DNA of 64,000 nucleotides from Alphaproteobacteria bacterium (GTDB lineage Bacteria; Pseudomonadota; Alphaproteobacteria; CAAGCB01; CAG-977): NCBI GenBank assembly GCA_900768875.1, contig CAAGEP010000003.1, positions 333,298 to 397,297 of the forward strand, read 5' to 3'. Shown piece by piece: positions 39,084 to 48,830 of this stretch (position 1 is its first letter; each line of letters starts with the position of its first letter). The notes under the pieces were generated by a model. It saw only the letters and a program-made list of their open reading frames with translations, ran no database searches and was not told where the DNA came from. The position numbers and the translations under genes were made by a program.

Positions 39084-39872
39084 TTATTTGGCATTTTGTT
39101 TCAACGCCGCAATGATTGCGCCGATTTTCTGTTTCTTTTCGGCGGGAATATCGGGCTTTTCCGACTTTTTCATTTCGGCGGACTTGGCTTTCTTGGGGGC
39201 GACCAGCGGCTTGCCCTTGCCGCGCGTCATGGGAACGCCTTCGGGTCCCGCAAAATACGTCGCGACCGTAATGCCCAACACAGCGGCATCGCGTTCGACT
39301 TCTTTGAAACTTTCTTTGCCCTTCATCCACCTGTTGAACGATTTGAAGACATGTTTCATTTCGGGATACGCCAACAAAGACGCTTTGCCGACGCGAATGG
39401 CATCAACCGCCGCGGGAACGCCCGCCGCCGTGCAAGACGCGGAAGCAATACTCAATGACGCGGAAGTCAAGGTAAACGCGCTTTCCTGTTTATTCTGTTT
39501 GAAATAGCTTAGAATACTTTTGGTTTCGCCGCGTTTTTTGGCTTCGTAAGCGGGCTTTAACAGCGAATACATTTTTTCGCCCGTTTTGTAAGCACACATT
39601 CCGACCAACCCCGGAATACCGAACAGCTGATACGCCAACACCGTGCGCGCCGTGTTTTTAATCGAATCGCGGATTTTTGTGTAAACATAACCGTGTTTTT
39701 CGGTCATTTTCGCATCAAACGCTTTTGCTTTGTCGCTGATACGCTTCAACAGCGGAACAGAGGCGATTACCTTGTCCGTTTTCTGCCCGATTCGTTCAGC
39801 CGCCGCGGTCATTCTCCGCGCCGTTAAAACCATTAAAAGATCAACATTCCGTTTATGAACATTCAGTTTCAT
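39084..39872 (-). CDS. hypothetical basic protein with Lys-rich C-terminal tail
   Basis: 262 aa; no recognisable domain; C-terminal ...KPLVAPKKAKSAEMKKSEKPDIPAEKKQK... tail; start 2 nt after the stop of the upstream acidic gene. Confidence 0.5.
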   Translation of the reverse strand: MKLNVHKRNVDLLMVLTARRMTAAAERIGQKTDKVIASVPLLKRISDKAKAFDAKMTEKHGYVYTKIRDSIKNTARTVLAYQLFGIPGLVGMCAYKTGEKMYSLLKPAYEAKKRGETKSILSYFKQNKQESAFTLTSASLSIASASCTAAGVPAAVDAIRVGKASLLAYPEMKHVFKSFNRWMKGKESFKEVERDAAVLGITVATYFAGPEGVPMTRGKGKPLVAPKKAKSAEMKKSEKPDIPAEKKQKIGAIIAALKQNAK

Positions 39873-39874
39873 CG

Positions 39875-40528
39875 TCAGTCTATCGCATTTAAAAGTTTTT
39901 CATATTCCGCGCGCATTTCGTTTTCGTCCAAAGGTTCCCCCGCTTTATCCATTACAAACAGGGTAATCAGCAAACGTTCCATTTCCTCCAGCAACGTTCC
40001 GAAATACGTTTCTTCGGTTATTTTATCCAAATTTAGACACAAACGCAAGTATGTTTTTAATTTTCCCGCATCGGCGATAGATTCCGCTAAATCCGCCGGT
40101 TTCAAGACGTTTCCGTCATCGTCGATTTGTTCGATTTTCATCATCAAGCCGTATATTTGTCCAAACTTCGGATTTTTGGAAATATCCTGCTTTTCAAAAG
40201 CATCCAAATCGTTCAAATTGCGCTCCAACACTTCGGATGGCACGGGCTCACTGAAATCCAGTCCCGTTTCCCTGTCAAATTCTTTGAGCATCGGCAACAA
40301 TTTGGCTTCCGCTTTTTTGGCGCAAAGCTTTAAATCGCCGTTTTCCGTATCGGAAAAAGCGCGAACAAACGCAAAGAAAAAAGGAACGTCATCCGAATCA
40401 ACAGGATTTTCATCGGTTAAAAAATCGTCCAAGCGCTTTAAAGCCGCCGTTTCCAACGCCGCCAAGCGCGCCGTATCGTTGTGTTCCGCCGCTTTTTTGC
40501 GTTCGGCAATCAAATCCTGTTCGTTCAT
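39875..40528 (-). CDS. hypothetical acidic helical protein
   Basis: 217 aa from MNEQDLIAERKK...; perfect AAGGAGG RBS upstream of the ATG at 40528 (the ORF-track extension to 40642 is rejected); strongly acidic (D/E-rich); lower GC than its surroundings. Confidence 0.55.
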   Translation of the reverse strand: MNEQDLIAERKKAAEHNDTARLAALETAALKRLDDFLTDENPVDSDDVPFFFAFVRAFSDTENGDLKLCAKKAEAKLLPMLKEFDRETGLDFSEPVPSEVLERNLNDLDAFEKQDISKNPKFGQIYGLMMKIEQIDDDGNVLKPADLAESIADAGKLKTYLRLCLNLDKITEETYFGTLLEEMERLLITLFVMDKAGEPLDENEMRAEYEKLLNAID

Positions 40529-40598
40529 GGCTTTGCCTCCTTGTTCTTTTTTATATAGCAAATTTGGCGGCGGTTTTAAAGTATTCTTTCCGGCACGC

Positions 40599-40626
40599 AA
40601 AAAAGCCCGCGTTTCCGCGGGCTTTT
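40599..40626. terminator. bidirectional intrinsic terminator (PFOR transcript end / island boundary)
   Basis: AAAAAA-GCCCGCG-TTTC-CGCGGGC-TTTT: perfect 7-bp GC stem, tetraloop, A-run and T-run on either side. Confidence 0.8.
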
Positions 40627-40644
40627 CCGTTATAGCACTCAAGC

Positions 40645-43600
40645 TTATTTTTCTTCCGCCAAGTGTTCGTACAGTTTACGGCGTTCTTCCACCTGTTCCT
40701 GCGCGAATTTGACCAAGTTTTCGTAGCGTTCCGGATTGGTCTTTTTGACAATCTGGAAGCGCGTTTCGTTCGCCATATAGTCAGCCATGGCTTTCGACGG
40801 CGCCTTGGAGTCCAGCTGCAGCCCCGGTTTGCCTTCACGCACGCGGCGCGGGTCAAAACGGTACAGAGGCCAGAAGCCCGCTTCAACAGCCGCTTTCTGG
40901 TGATCCAAGCCCTGTTCGCCGATTTCAAAGCCTTGGGCGATACAATGCGAGTACGCGATAATCAAGGACGGACCGTTGAAGGATTCGGCTTCAACCATCG
41001 CTTTGATGACCTGCGCGTCGTTCGCGCCCAAAGCAACCTGAGCGACATAGACGTTTTCGGACGACATGGCAATCATACCCAAGTCTTTGCGGGGCAAAGC
41101 CTTGCCGGCAACCGCGAATTTGGCGGACGCGCCAATCGGGGTCGCTTTGGACTGCTGACCGCCCGTGTTGGAATAAACGCCGGTATCCATGACCAGAATG
41201 TTGACATTCTTGCCCGAATACAAAACGTGGTCCAAACCGCCGTAGCCGATATCGTAAGCCCAGCCGTCGCCGCCCAGCGTCCAAACGGATTTTTCAACAA
41301 AGTAATCCGCCAAGCCGTTCAGCGTTTTCGCCGCTTCCGAATTCATCGAAGCCAATTTGGCTTTCAACGCTTCGACGCGGACGCGCTGTTCCTGAATTTC
41401 GGCGTCGTTCGTCTGCGGCGCGGTCAAAATCGCGTTGGTCAAATCGCCGCCGACTTCGCTTTCCAAGTCTTTAATCAACTGGTGAGCGTAGTTTTTCTGG
41501 AAGTCGATGGACAAACGCATACCCAGACCGAATTCCGCGGCGTCTTCGAACAACGAGTTCGACCAAGCCGGACCGCGGCCGTTCGCGTCTTTCGCGTACG
41601 GAGTGGTCGGCAGGTTGCCGCCGTAAATGGACGAGCAGCCCGTCGCGTTCGCAATCATCAAACGATCGCCGAACAACTGGGTCAGCAGTTTGACATACGG
41701 CGTTTCGCCGCAGCCGGCGCAGGAACCCGAGAATTCAAACAACGGACGCAGCAACTGGACGTTTTTGACCAGTTTCTTTTCAATCTTGGTGCGATCGACA
41801 TCCGGCAAAGACAAGAAGAAGTCGAAGTTCTTCTTTTCCTGTTCCAGATGAGCCGCAATCGGCTGCATGTTGATGGCTTTCTTTTCGGGATCGGCTTTGT
41901 TCTTGGCGGGGCAAGCGTGCGTACACAGCGAGCAACCCGTGCAGTCTTCCGGCGCGACCTGAATGATGAAAGCGGAATCCGTGAATTCTTTACCCTTGAA
42001 CGCGGCGGATTTGAATCCCGCGGGAGCGTTCTTCAGATCTTCGTTCGTGGCGACTTTGGCGCGGATTGCCGCGTGCGGGCAAACCATGGCGCACTTGCCG
42101 CATTGGATACAGGTTTCGGGATCCCAAACGGGGATGTCGGACGCGATGCAGCGTTTTTCGTACTGCGTCGTCGCCGTCGGCCACGTACCGTCAGCCGTCC
42201 ATCCGAAATCGGACACTTTCAATTCTTCGCCCTTGCCTTCCAAAATCTTGCCGGCGACTTTCTTCACGACTTCGGGAGCCGTTTCGGGAACGCCCGGCAG
42301 ACGTTTGAATTCGGACGTCGGTTTGTCGGTGATTTTGATTTCGTGCAAGTGAGCCAAAGACGCATCCACGGCGGCGAAGTTCTTGTCAACCAGCGCCTGA
42401 CCTTTTTTCATATAGGTTTTTTCAATGGATTTCTTAATCGCCTTAATGGCTTCGTCGCGGGGCAGAACGCCCGACAACGCGAAGTAGCAGGTCTGCATAA
42501 TCGTGTTGATGCGGCGACCCATGCCCGTCTGTTTGGCGACTTCGACAGCGTCGATCGAATACAGTTTCAAGTGCTTCTTGATAATTTCTTCCTGAACTTC
42601 GACCGGCAAGTGGTTCCAAACTTCTTCCGCTTTGAACGGAGCGTTCAGCAGGAACACGGCGCCGTCTTTCGCCTGCGCCAGCATGTCGATTTTTTCCAAG
42701 AACGGGAAGTGGTGGCACGCAACAAAGTCCGCTTTGTTAATCAAATACGGAGCATTGATGACGTGGTTCGCGAAACGCAAGTGCGACGTGGTCATCGCGC
42801 CCGATTTTTTCGAGTCGTACACAAAGTAGGCTTGACCGTAAACACCGTCTTCGCCCGCGATGATTTTAATCGAGTTTTTGTTCGCGCCGACCGTTCCGTC
42901 AGCACCCAAGCCGAAGAAAATGGCGCGTTTGACGTCTTCGTCTTCGATATCGAACGAATTGTCGACGTCCAAAGACAAGTGCGTCACGTCGTCCGTCAGA
43001 CCGACCGTAAAGCGGGTCTTGGGTTCGGCTTTTTCAGCGTTTTCAAACACGGCTTTCGCCATGGCGGGGGTGTATTCTTTGGAAGACAGACCGTAGCGGC
43101 CGCCGATAACGCGCGGCATCGTTTTCAGCTTGCCTGCCGCAAAAGCGTCGGCAACGGCGGAAACGACATCCAAGAACAACGGTTCGCCCTGTGCGCCCGC
43201 TTCCTTCGTGCGATCCATGACGGCAATCGTTTTGACCGTCGCGGGCAGAGCTTTAATCAGTTCTTCCGCAGGGAACGGACGATACAGGTGAATCTTGACG
43301 ACACCGTATTTTTTGTCTTTCAGATGAGCAACCGTGGCTTCGGTCGTATCGGCGCCCGACCCCATGATGACAACGACTTGTTCGGCGTCTTTGGCACCGA
43401 CGTAATCAACCAAGTGATACTGACGACCCGTGATTTTGGCGTATTTGTCCATCGCTTCCTGAACGACCGCGCCGCATTTGTCATAATACGGGTTGGCGGC
43501 TTCGCGGATCTGGAAGAACACGTCGGGGTTCTGCGCCGTTCCGCGCAAGACGGGGTGATCCGGCGTCAAAGCGTGTTCGCGGTTGAAGTTCATCGGCAGA

Positions 43601-44199
43601 CCGTCGACGAATTCGCGCAGCTGATCGTCGGAAATGACTTCGATTTTGTTGATTTCGTGCGACGTGCGGAAACCGTCAAAGAAGTGCATGAACGAAACAC
43701 GGGATTTCATCGTGGCGTACTGAGCAATCGCCGCCATATCCTGCGCTTCCTGAACGTTGTTGGAGCACAACATCGCAAAGCCCGTCTGACGGCAAGCCAT
43801 CACGTCGGAGTGATCGCCGAAAATCGACAAAGCGTGCGTAGCGACGGCGCGCGCGGCGACGTGCATAACGAACGGAGTCAATTCGCCCGCGATTTTGTAC
43901 AGGTTCGGAATCATCAACAGCAAGCCCTGCGACGCCGTGAAAGTCGTCGTCAAAGCCCCCGCCTGCAGCGAACCGTGAACCGCACCGATAGCGCCGGCTT
44001 CGGACTGCATTTCATAGATTTCGGGAACTTTTCCCCAAATGTTCTTGACGCCCTGAGCCGCCCACGCGTCCGCCCATTCGCCCATCGGGGAAGACGGGGT
44101 AATCGGGTAGATAACGGCGACTTCGTTCAGACGATGCGCAACACCCGCCGCGGCTTCGTTTGCGTCCATCATCTTCATTTTTTGGTTTTTATCCGCCAT
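40645..44199 (-). CDS. nifJ: pyruvate:ferredoxin (flavodoxin) oxidoreductase
   Basis: 1185 aa from MADKNQKMKMMDANEAAAGVAHRLNEVAVIYPITPSS; two 4Fe-4S ferredoxin motifs (CIQCGKCAMVCPHAA, CTGCSLCTHACPA); TPP-binding GDGW...DTGVYSNTGGQ. The ORF-track N-terminal extension is rejected. Confidence 0.9.
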   Translation of the reverse strand: MADKNQKMKMMDANEAAAGVAHRLNEVAVIYPITPSSPMGEWADAWAAQGVKNIWGKVPEIYEMQSEAGAIGAVHGSLQAGALTTTFTASQGLLLMIPNLYKIAGELTPFVMHVAARAVATHALSIFGDHSDVMACRQTGFAMLCSNNVQEAQDMAAIAQYATMKSRVSFMHFFDGFRTSHEINKIEVISDDQLREFVDGLPMNFNREHALTPDHPVLRGTAQNPDVFFQIREAANPYYDKCGAVVQEAMDKYAKITGRQYHLVDYVGAKDAEQVVVIMGSGADTTEATVAHLKDKKYGVVKIHLYRPFPAEELIKALPATVKTIAVMDRTKEAGAQGEPLFLDVVSAVADAFAAGKLKTMPRVIGGRYGLSSKEYTPAMAKAVFENAEKAEPKTRFTVGLTDDVTHLSLDVDNSFDIEDEDVKRAIFFGLGADGTVGANKNSIKIIAGEDGVYGQAYFVYDSKKSGAMTTSHLRFANHVINAPYLINKADFVACHHFPFLEKIDMLAQAKDGAVFLLNAPFKAEEVWNHLPVEVQEEIIKKHLKLYSIDAVEVAKQTGMGRRINTIMQTCYFALSGVLPRDEAIKAIKKSIEKTYMKKGQALVDKNFAAVDASLAHLHEIKITDKPTSEFKRLPGVPETAPEVVKKVAGKILEGKGEELKVSDFGWTADGTWPTATTQYEKRCIASDIPVWDPETCIQCGKCAMVCPHAAIRAKVATNEDLKNAPAGFKSAAFKGKEFTDSAFIIQVAPEDCTGCSLCTHACPAKNKADPEKKAINMQPIAAHLEQEKKNFDFFLSLPDVDRTKIEKKLVKNVQLLRPLFEFSGSCAGCGETPYVKLLTQLFGDRLMIANATGCSSIYGGNLPTTPYAKDANGRGPAWSNSLFEDAAEFGLGMRLSIDFQKNYAHQLIKDLESEVGGDLTNAILTAPQTNDAEIQEQRVRVEALKAKLASMNSEAAKTLNGLADYFVEKSVWTLGGDGWAYDIGYGGLDHVLYSGKNVNILVMDTGVYSNTGGQQSKATPIGASAKFAVAGKALPRKDLGMIAMSSENVYVAQVALGANDAQVIKAMVEAESFNGPSLIIAYSHCIAQGFEIGEQGLDHQKAAVEAGFWPLYRFDPRRVREGKPGLQLDSKAPSKAMADYMANETRFQIVKKTNPERYENLVKFAQEQVEERRKLYEHLAEEK

Positions 44200-44396
44200 G
44201 GATTTACTCTCCAAGAAATTAGAAAAAACAATGTGTTTCGGGAAGAATTTTTCCGAAAACGCCAGCCAATCAGGCGCTTTGAAAGCTTTTCCCGACCGCA
44301 TGCCGGCTACTGTACCCCACAAAGGAAAAGGCTTCAACACTTTTTTAATGAAATGTCGAACGATTTGGCATAAGCTTTCCGCGAAAGGAAAAAAAC

Positions 44397-45023
44397 ATGC
44401 CCGATTTTTCGTTTGAACGGAATATTCCCGATTTATTCGCCCCCGTCCAAGGATTGGTCGCGGGAATCGACGAAGCGGGACGCGGTCCGTGGGCGGGTCC
44501 CGTCGTCGCGGGCGCGGTGATTTTCCCGAACCTTGAAATTCCGGATTACCTGCGCACGACGCTGAACGATTCCAAAAAGCTGACCGCCGCCAAGCGTGAA
44601 GCTTTGTTCGACGAACTGCACGCATCAAACGCAATCATCGGCTGCGGCAGCGCAAGCGTTGAAGAAATCGACACCTTAAACATATTGCAGGCGACTTTTC
44701 TGGCGATGAGGCGCGCGGTTGAAGCTCTGCCCGTCAAGCCCGAATACGCGCTGATTGACGGCAACAAAGTCCCGCCGAAACTCCCCTGCCCCGCCCAAGC
44801 CGTCATCAAAGGCGACGCGTTAAGCCTGTCGATTTCCGCCGCGTCGATTATCGCCAAAGTCACCCGTGACCGCCTGATGACCGAATTGGCGCGTGAATTT
44901 CCGTACTACGGCTGGGAAAACAACGCGGGTTACGGCACGAAAGCGCATCAGGACGGGCTGAAAGCGCACGGCATTTGCGTTCATCACCGCAAATCCTACG
45001 CCCCGATTAAAAAGTTTTTATAA
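44397..45023 (+). CDS. rnhB: ribonuclease HII
   Basis: 208 aa; GIDEAGRGPWAGPVV catalytic motif. Confidence 0.9.
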   Translation: MPDFSFERNIPDLFAPVQGLVAGIDEAGRGPWAGPVVAGAVIFPNLEIPDYLRTTLNDSKKLTAAKREALFDELHASNAIIGCGSASVEEIDTLNILQATFLAMRRAVEALPVKPEYALIDGNKVPPKLPCPAQAVIKGDALSLSISAASIIAKVTRDRLMTELAREFPYYGWENNAGYGTKAHQDGLKAHGICVHHRKSYAPIKKFL

Positions 45024-45376
45024 CAAAAAGCGAAGTGAAAAACCTCCGCTTTTTTACGGCCCTTTTAAAAAAAGGCTTGCTATCGTCAACGTGCGGCTGT
45101 ACCCTTTTAACCAAGCTTATCAATCAAAAGATGGATATGCCAGTGCCTTGAGAGGGGTGCGGAGGCCTAGAAAACCTCTTTAATAAGGTCGGCGCAGATA
45201 TGCGTCGTTAGCTGTTTTGCCTATGGTAAAACAGGCAAAATATCCCCGATTTCTTAACAGAGGTCGGGGGGCTTTTGGCGTATGTTCAGAACATGCTCCG
45301 TCATTATCCTTGAAAAAACGGAGGTGTTTAAAGGTCAAAAGGATCATTTACCTTATTATGGTTTTTCTACTCCCCG

Positions 45377-45403
45377 ACCGCCTGACAAAGGCGGTTTTTG
45401 TTT
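45377..45403 (+). promoter_or_regulatory. terminator-like hairpin in the 5' leader of autotransporter 2 (possible attenuator or sRNA 3' end)
   Basis: ACCGCC-TGACAAA-GGCGGT followed by TTTTTGTTT, 22 nt upstream of the ATG at 45426; lies in a ~360-nt structured leader with additional hairpins. Confidence 0.4.
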
Positions 45404-45425
45404 AACATTTTAAGGGGATTGGAAA

Positions 45426-48400
45426 ATGAAACAATCGAAAACAACACTGAAAGAACTGACGCATCGTTACCGCGCGGTATTGCTGAAATGCGCTTTGCTG
45501 AATCTGGCGGCGTTTGCCGTCGCTCTGCCCGCGAAAGCGGAGGATTTGACTATTGATAGTGATACACAGCTATCCGAAGAAGCTTTATATGAAAACATTA
45601 CCATAACAGGCGGTAATGTATCCATTAGTCCTAACAAAGAGATTACTGTTGCTAACACATTTTCGGCTTCCGGTGAAACAACAAAATTAACAATTTCCAA
45701 GGGGGCGGGCGTTTATTCACAAAAAAATATATCCCTTTCAGACAAAGTTAAAGTTTTTTTGGAAAGAGGTAATTCGACAGAAAACGACGGCTGGTTGGAA
45801 GCAAAAGATTCTTTTTCAGCAAACAACGCTCAAATCGACATAAACTATGGGGATTTTGGCGCAAGTCGTTCGGACGAAACGCAATCCGCACACACCACAA
45901 CAACAATTATTGACAGTACTGTTAATATCCTTGGCGGTTACGGCTGGATGTACGCGGAAGATATTTCCGTTTCAGGCAATAGCACAATCAATGTTTCGGA
46001 CGGTGCAGAATTGGTTGTGACAAAAGCGATAGGCACTTGTCCTGACGATAAGTGCACGGAATTAAAAGACGCGCTTTCTTACGAAGAACCAGGAACAATC
46101 AATCTGAAAGATTCCGCTGCAATTAATCTGTCTGGGACAATGACAGGCAATATTGCCGCGACAGGCGGGACTTTGGCGTTCAATTCCGCCAATGCGCGGC
46201 TGAACGGGGCGATTTACGGCGCCGTTGACATAAAGTTCAATGACGATTTTACTTTGTCGAAATCAACGGTAACAGGCAAAATCGCCGATTTGGGTGATGT
46301 AACCGTTTCTGAAGGAAAGCATTTAACTGCCCGCCTGGAAACGTTCGGCAAAAACCTGCCGGATGACGATTTGAATATGAAAAGCTTTGTCATGGGAAAA
46401 AATGCAAAGCTGACTCTGACGGGAAATGCTTCACTTGAAGCGGAAGACCTCGATATTGAAGCATCGGACAAAGTTTATCTGACAGGACAAATCAATGTGA
46501 ACAACGCCGGCGTGAAACTGGGCAACATTGCGACCGCTAATGTATCATCGACAGGAACGTATACGATTGAAAACGCGGCTTTAACAACAATTGGAAACCT
46601 TACTGCATTCGCCTCGCGTTCCAACAAAGACATGGTTGTGAAAAACTCGATTTTGAACTTCGGCAGTCAATATACATATTTTGGCAAGGACGGCGGAACA
46701 AGCGGCGATGTGGTTTTGGAAGCGACAAAAGTAACAACTTCCGGCGGTTTGTATCTGGAAAACGAAATCGGCGGAAATATCCGCTTTACCAATGGAAGTA
46801 TAATCTCCTTAAACGCCTCCGACAATCTGATTATCGGAAATGAAGAAAATCATTCCGGCAAAGGCAGCATCATTGCGGACCATTCTTCTTTGGTTTTAAA
46901 CGGAACAAAAGTGTTTGTCGGACAAGAAGCCGATGATGCCTTGAAACTGCAAAACAAAGCGTCAATGACCGCCAACGGAACAGTTTCCGTTAAAACCATT
47001 GACGGAAAAACAGGATTGATAAGCGTTGCCGACAGTTCGTTGAACATTGGCGGAACGTTAGAGGGAAATGTAAGCTTTATCGGCAACGGAACGCTGAATT
47101 TATCGGGCGTGTTGAACGGTGATATGAATATTGCAAATACTGCCGAAATCTCTTCCTCCGCGGACGCTTTTTCAAAAATCCGCGGAACGATAACAAACAA
47201 CGGCACTGTTTCCTTGACGGGCGGTACTTTGGGAAAAGCCTTGTCGGGAAAAATCAAAATCGCGGGCAACACCGCTTTCGGTGGTTCGTTTACAACAAAC
47301 GACATCACCATTTCCACGGGCAAAACGCTTGACATCGGGGCGAATACGTTGAAAGCCGACAGCATTGCGGGCGGGACGATTTCGGCGATTTTGACCGACG
47401 CGGCGAAGAATACGGCGATTGTCACGGCAACAGCGACCGATGTCACTTTGAAACTGGATATGAGCCAGGCTTCCCGCGACAAAGCAACCCGTTACAAAAT
47501 TACAAACGGCACGGGCTTTACGTTTGGCGACTATGCGGCCAACCGCTACGCCGTATCCGCTTCCGAATTTGATATCGCAGACGCCAAAACGCTTGAAAAG
47601 CTGAGCGGTTGGAACGGCGGCGATTTGTGGATTTTGCGTTTGGCGACCGCTTCCGAAGCCGCGATTGAAGATTTGGAAAAATCCGGCGTCGTCCTGCCCG
47701 AAAATGAAAAGAACGCGTCAAAAATCCTTGATTTGGCGTCGGGCATTTTGGACAAGCTGCCCGAACACCGTAAAAAAGTCATTGAAAAAGTCAACGACTT
47801 GCTGGACAAAGCGCAAGGAAAAGCTGAAGAAATCAAGCAAATTCTGCGTGAAATCGCTCCCGACGCGTCGACTTCGGGATCCAAGACGGCTTCCAACACC
47901 GCCAAATCCGTCATCAATGTCATCAACTCGCGCTTTGGCGGCGGATTGCCCCGCCGAGGCCGTTCGGGCGGCGACTACACCGCCGGTCAAACCGCCGTTT
48001 GGGCGCAAGGCATGATGAACTACGCCAAACTGGACACGGACAACGGCTTTGCCGCTCATTCCAACGGGGTCGCCGCGGGCTTTGAAGCAAACTTCACCGA
48101 CAGCTTCAAAGCGGGCTTGGGCTACGCGCACACGTCGACCGACATCTCGACGGAACGCTCGACCACAGACGTCAAAACCCACACGGGCTTTGTGTACGGC
48201 GAATACAAGCCCAACAAAGCGTACATCAACGGCGTCGTCAGCTTCGGCCGTTCGGACTATGACGACACGACGCGCAGCTTGAGCTTGAACAGCGCATACA
48301 AAACGGACACGATAGCCGTTCAAATCGCCGCGGGATACAAAGCAGGCGTGTTGACTCCGGAAGCGGCGGTGCGCTTTACGAACGTGAAGCAAAAAGCCTA

Positions 48401-48764
48401 TACGGACGCGCTGGGCGCGAAAATGGAAGAAAAGACGGCGGATACTTGGACGGGCGTTTTGGGTGCGAAAATCGGCCAAAACTATGCGCTGAAAGCCAAC
48501 CGCAAAATCGGGCTGTCGCCGGAATTGAAAGTCGCGGCAACATACGACTTTGCGCGCGACGACGAAAACCGCACGGTCACTTTGCCCGACGGATCAAGCT
48601 ACACGGCGACGGGCGAAGCGATGGAACGCTTTGGCGTGGAAGCGGGCGCGGGCGTGACGGTCAGCATCGCCAATTCGGCGGAAATCGCGCTGACTTACGA
48701 CGGCAAGTTCAAAAAAGACTATCAAGACCATACCGGCATGGTCAATCTGAAGATTAAGTTCTGA
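45426..48764 (+). CDS. autotransporter (type Va), paralog of 32484..35648
   Basis: 1112 aa; signal peptide MKQSKTTLKELTHRYRAVLLKCALLNLAAFAVALPAKA, beta-helical passenger, shared linker (LDIGANTLKADSIAGGTISAILTDAAKNTAIVTA...NGGDLWILRL), C-terminal barrel ending KIKF. Confidence 0.8.
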   Translation: MKQSKTTLKELTHRYRAVLLKCALLNLAAFAVALPAKAEDLTIDSDTQLSEEALYENITITGGNVSISPNKEITVANTFSASGETTKLTISKGAGVYSQKNISLSDKVKVFLERGNSTENDGWLEAKDSFSANNAQIDINYGDFGASRSDETQSAHTTTTIIDSTVNILGGYGWMYAEDISVSGNSTINVSDGAELVVTKAIGTCPDDKCTELKDALSYEEPGTINLKDSAAINLSGTMTGNIAATGGTLAFNSANARLNGAIYGAVDIKFNDDFTLSKSTVTGKIADLGDVTVSEGKHLTARLETFGKNLPDDDLNMKSFVMGKNAKLTLTGNASLEAEDLDIEASDKVYLTGQINVNNAGVKLGNIATANVSSTGTYTIENAALTTIGNLTAFASRSNKDMVVKNSILNFGSQYTYFGKDGGTSGDVVLEATKVTTSGGLYLENEIGGNIRFTNGSIISLNASDNLIIGNEENHSGKGSIIADHSSLVLNGTKVFVGQEADDALKLQNKASMTANGTVSVKTIDGKTGLISVADSSLNIGGTLEGNVSFIGNGTLNLSGVLNGDMNIANTAEISSSADAFSKIRGTITNNGTVSLTGGTLGKALSGKIKIAGNTAFGGSFTTNDITISTGKTLDIGANTLKADSIAGGTISAILTDAAKNTAIVTATATDVTLKLDMSQASRDKATRYKITNGTGFTFGDYAANRYAVSASEFDIADAKTLEKLSGWNGGDLWILRLATASEAAIEDLEKSGVVLPENEKNASKILDLASGILDKLPEHRKKVIEKVNDLLDKAQGKAEEIKQILREIAPDASTSGSKTASNTAKSVINVINSRFGGGLPRRGRSGGDYTAGQTAVWAQGMMNYAKLDTDNGFAAHSNGVAAGFEANFTDSFKAGLGYAHTSTDISTERSTTDVKTHTGFVYGEYKPNKAYINGVVSFGRSDYDDTTRSLSLNSAYKTDTIAVQIAAGYKAGVLTPEAAVRFTNVKQKAYTDALGAKMEEKTADTWTGVLGAKIGQNYALKANRKIGLSPELKVAATYDFARDDENRTVTLPDGSSYTATGEAMERFGVEAGAGVTVSIANSAEIALTYDGKFKKDYQDHTGMVNLKIKF

Positions 48765-48774
48765 TTACGGAAAA

Positions 48775-48801
48775 GGCGGGGGACAATTCCTCCGCCTTTT
48801 T
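48775..48801 (+). terminator. rho-independent terminator of autotransporter 2
   Basis: GGCGGGGG-ACAATT-CCTCCGCC stem (one G.U pair) plus TTTTT; same design as the autotransporter 1 terminator. Confidence 0.75.
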
Positions 48802-48830
48802 CATTTCGATTAAAAAACGACATCACCGCG

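Noticed and set aside
45024-45065. Intrinsic terminator after rnhB
   Set aside because: Only a weak 5-bp stem (AAGCG...CGCTT) precedes the T6 run; too weak to call confidently.
45120-45200. TPP-riboswitch-like sequence fragments (GGGGTGC, TTGAGA, GATGGATATGCCAG) in the autotransporter 2 leader
   Set aside because: The pieces occur in the wrong 5'->3' order relative to the THI-box consensus (pyrimidine-sensor-like stretch precedes GGGGUGC), and the CUGAGA/ACCC elements are not positioned correctly. I consider it coincidental unless an Rfam scan says otherwise.
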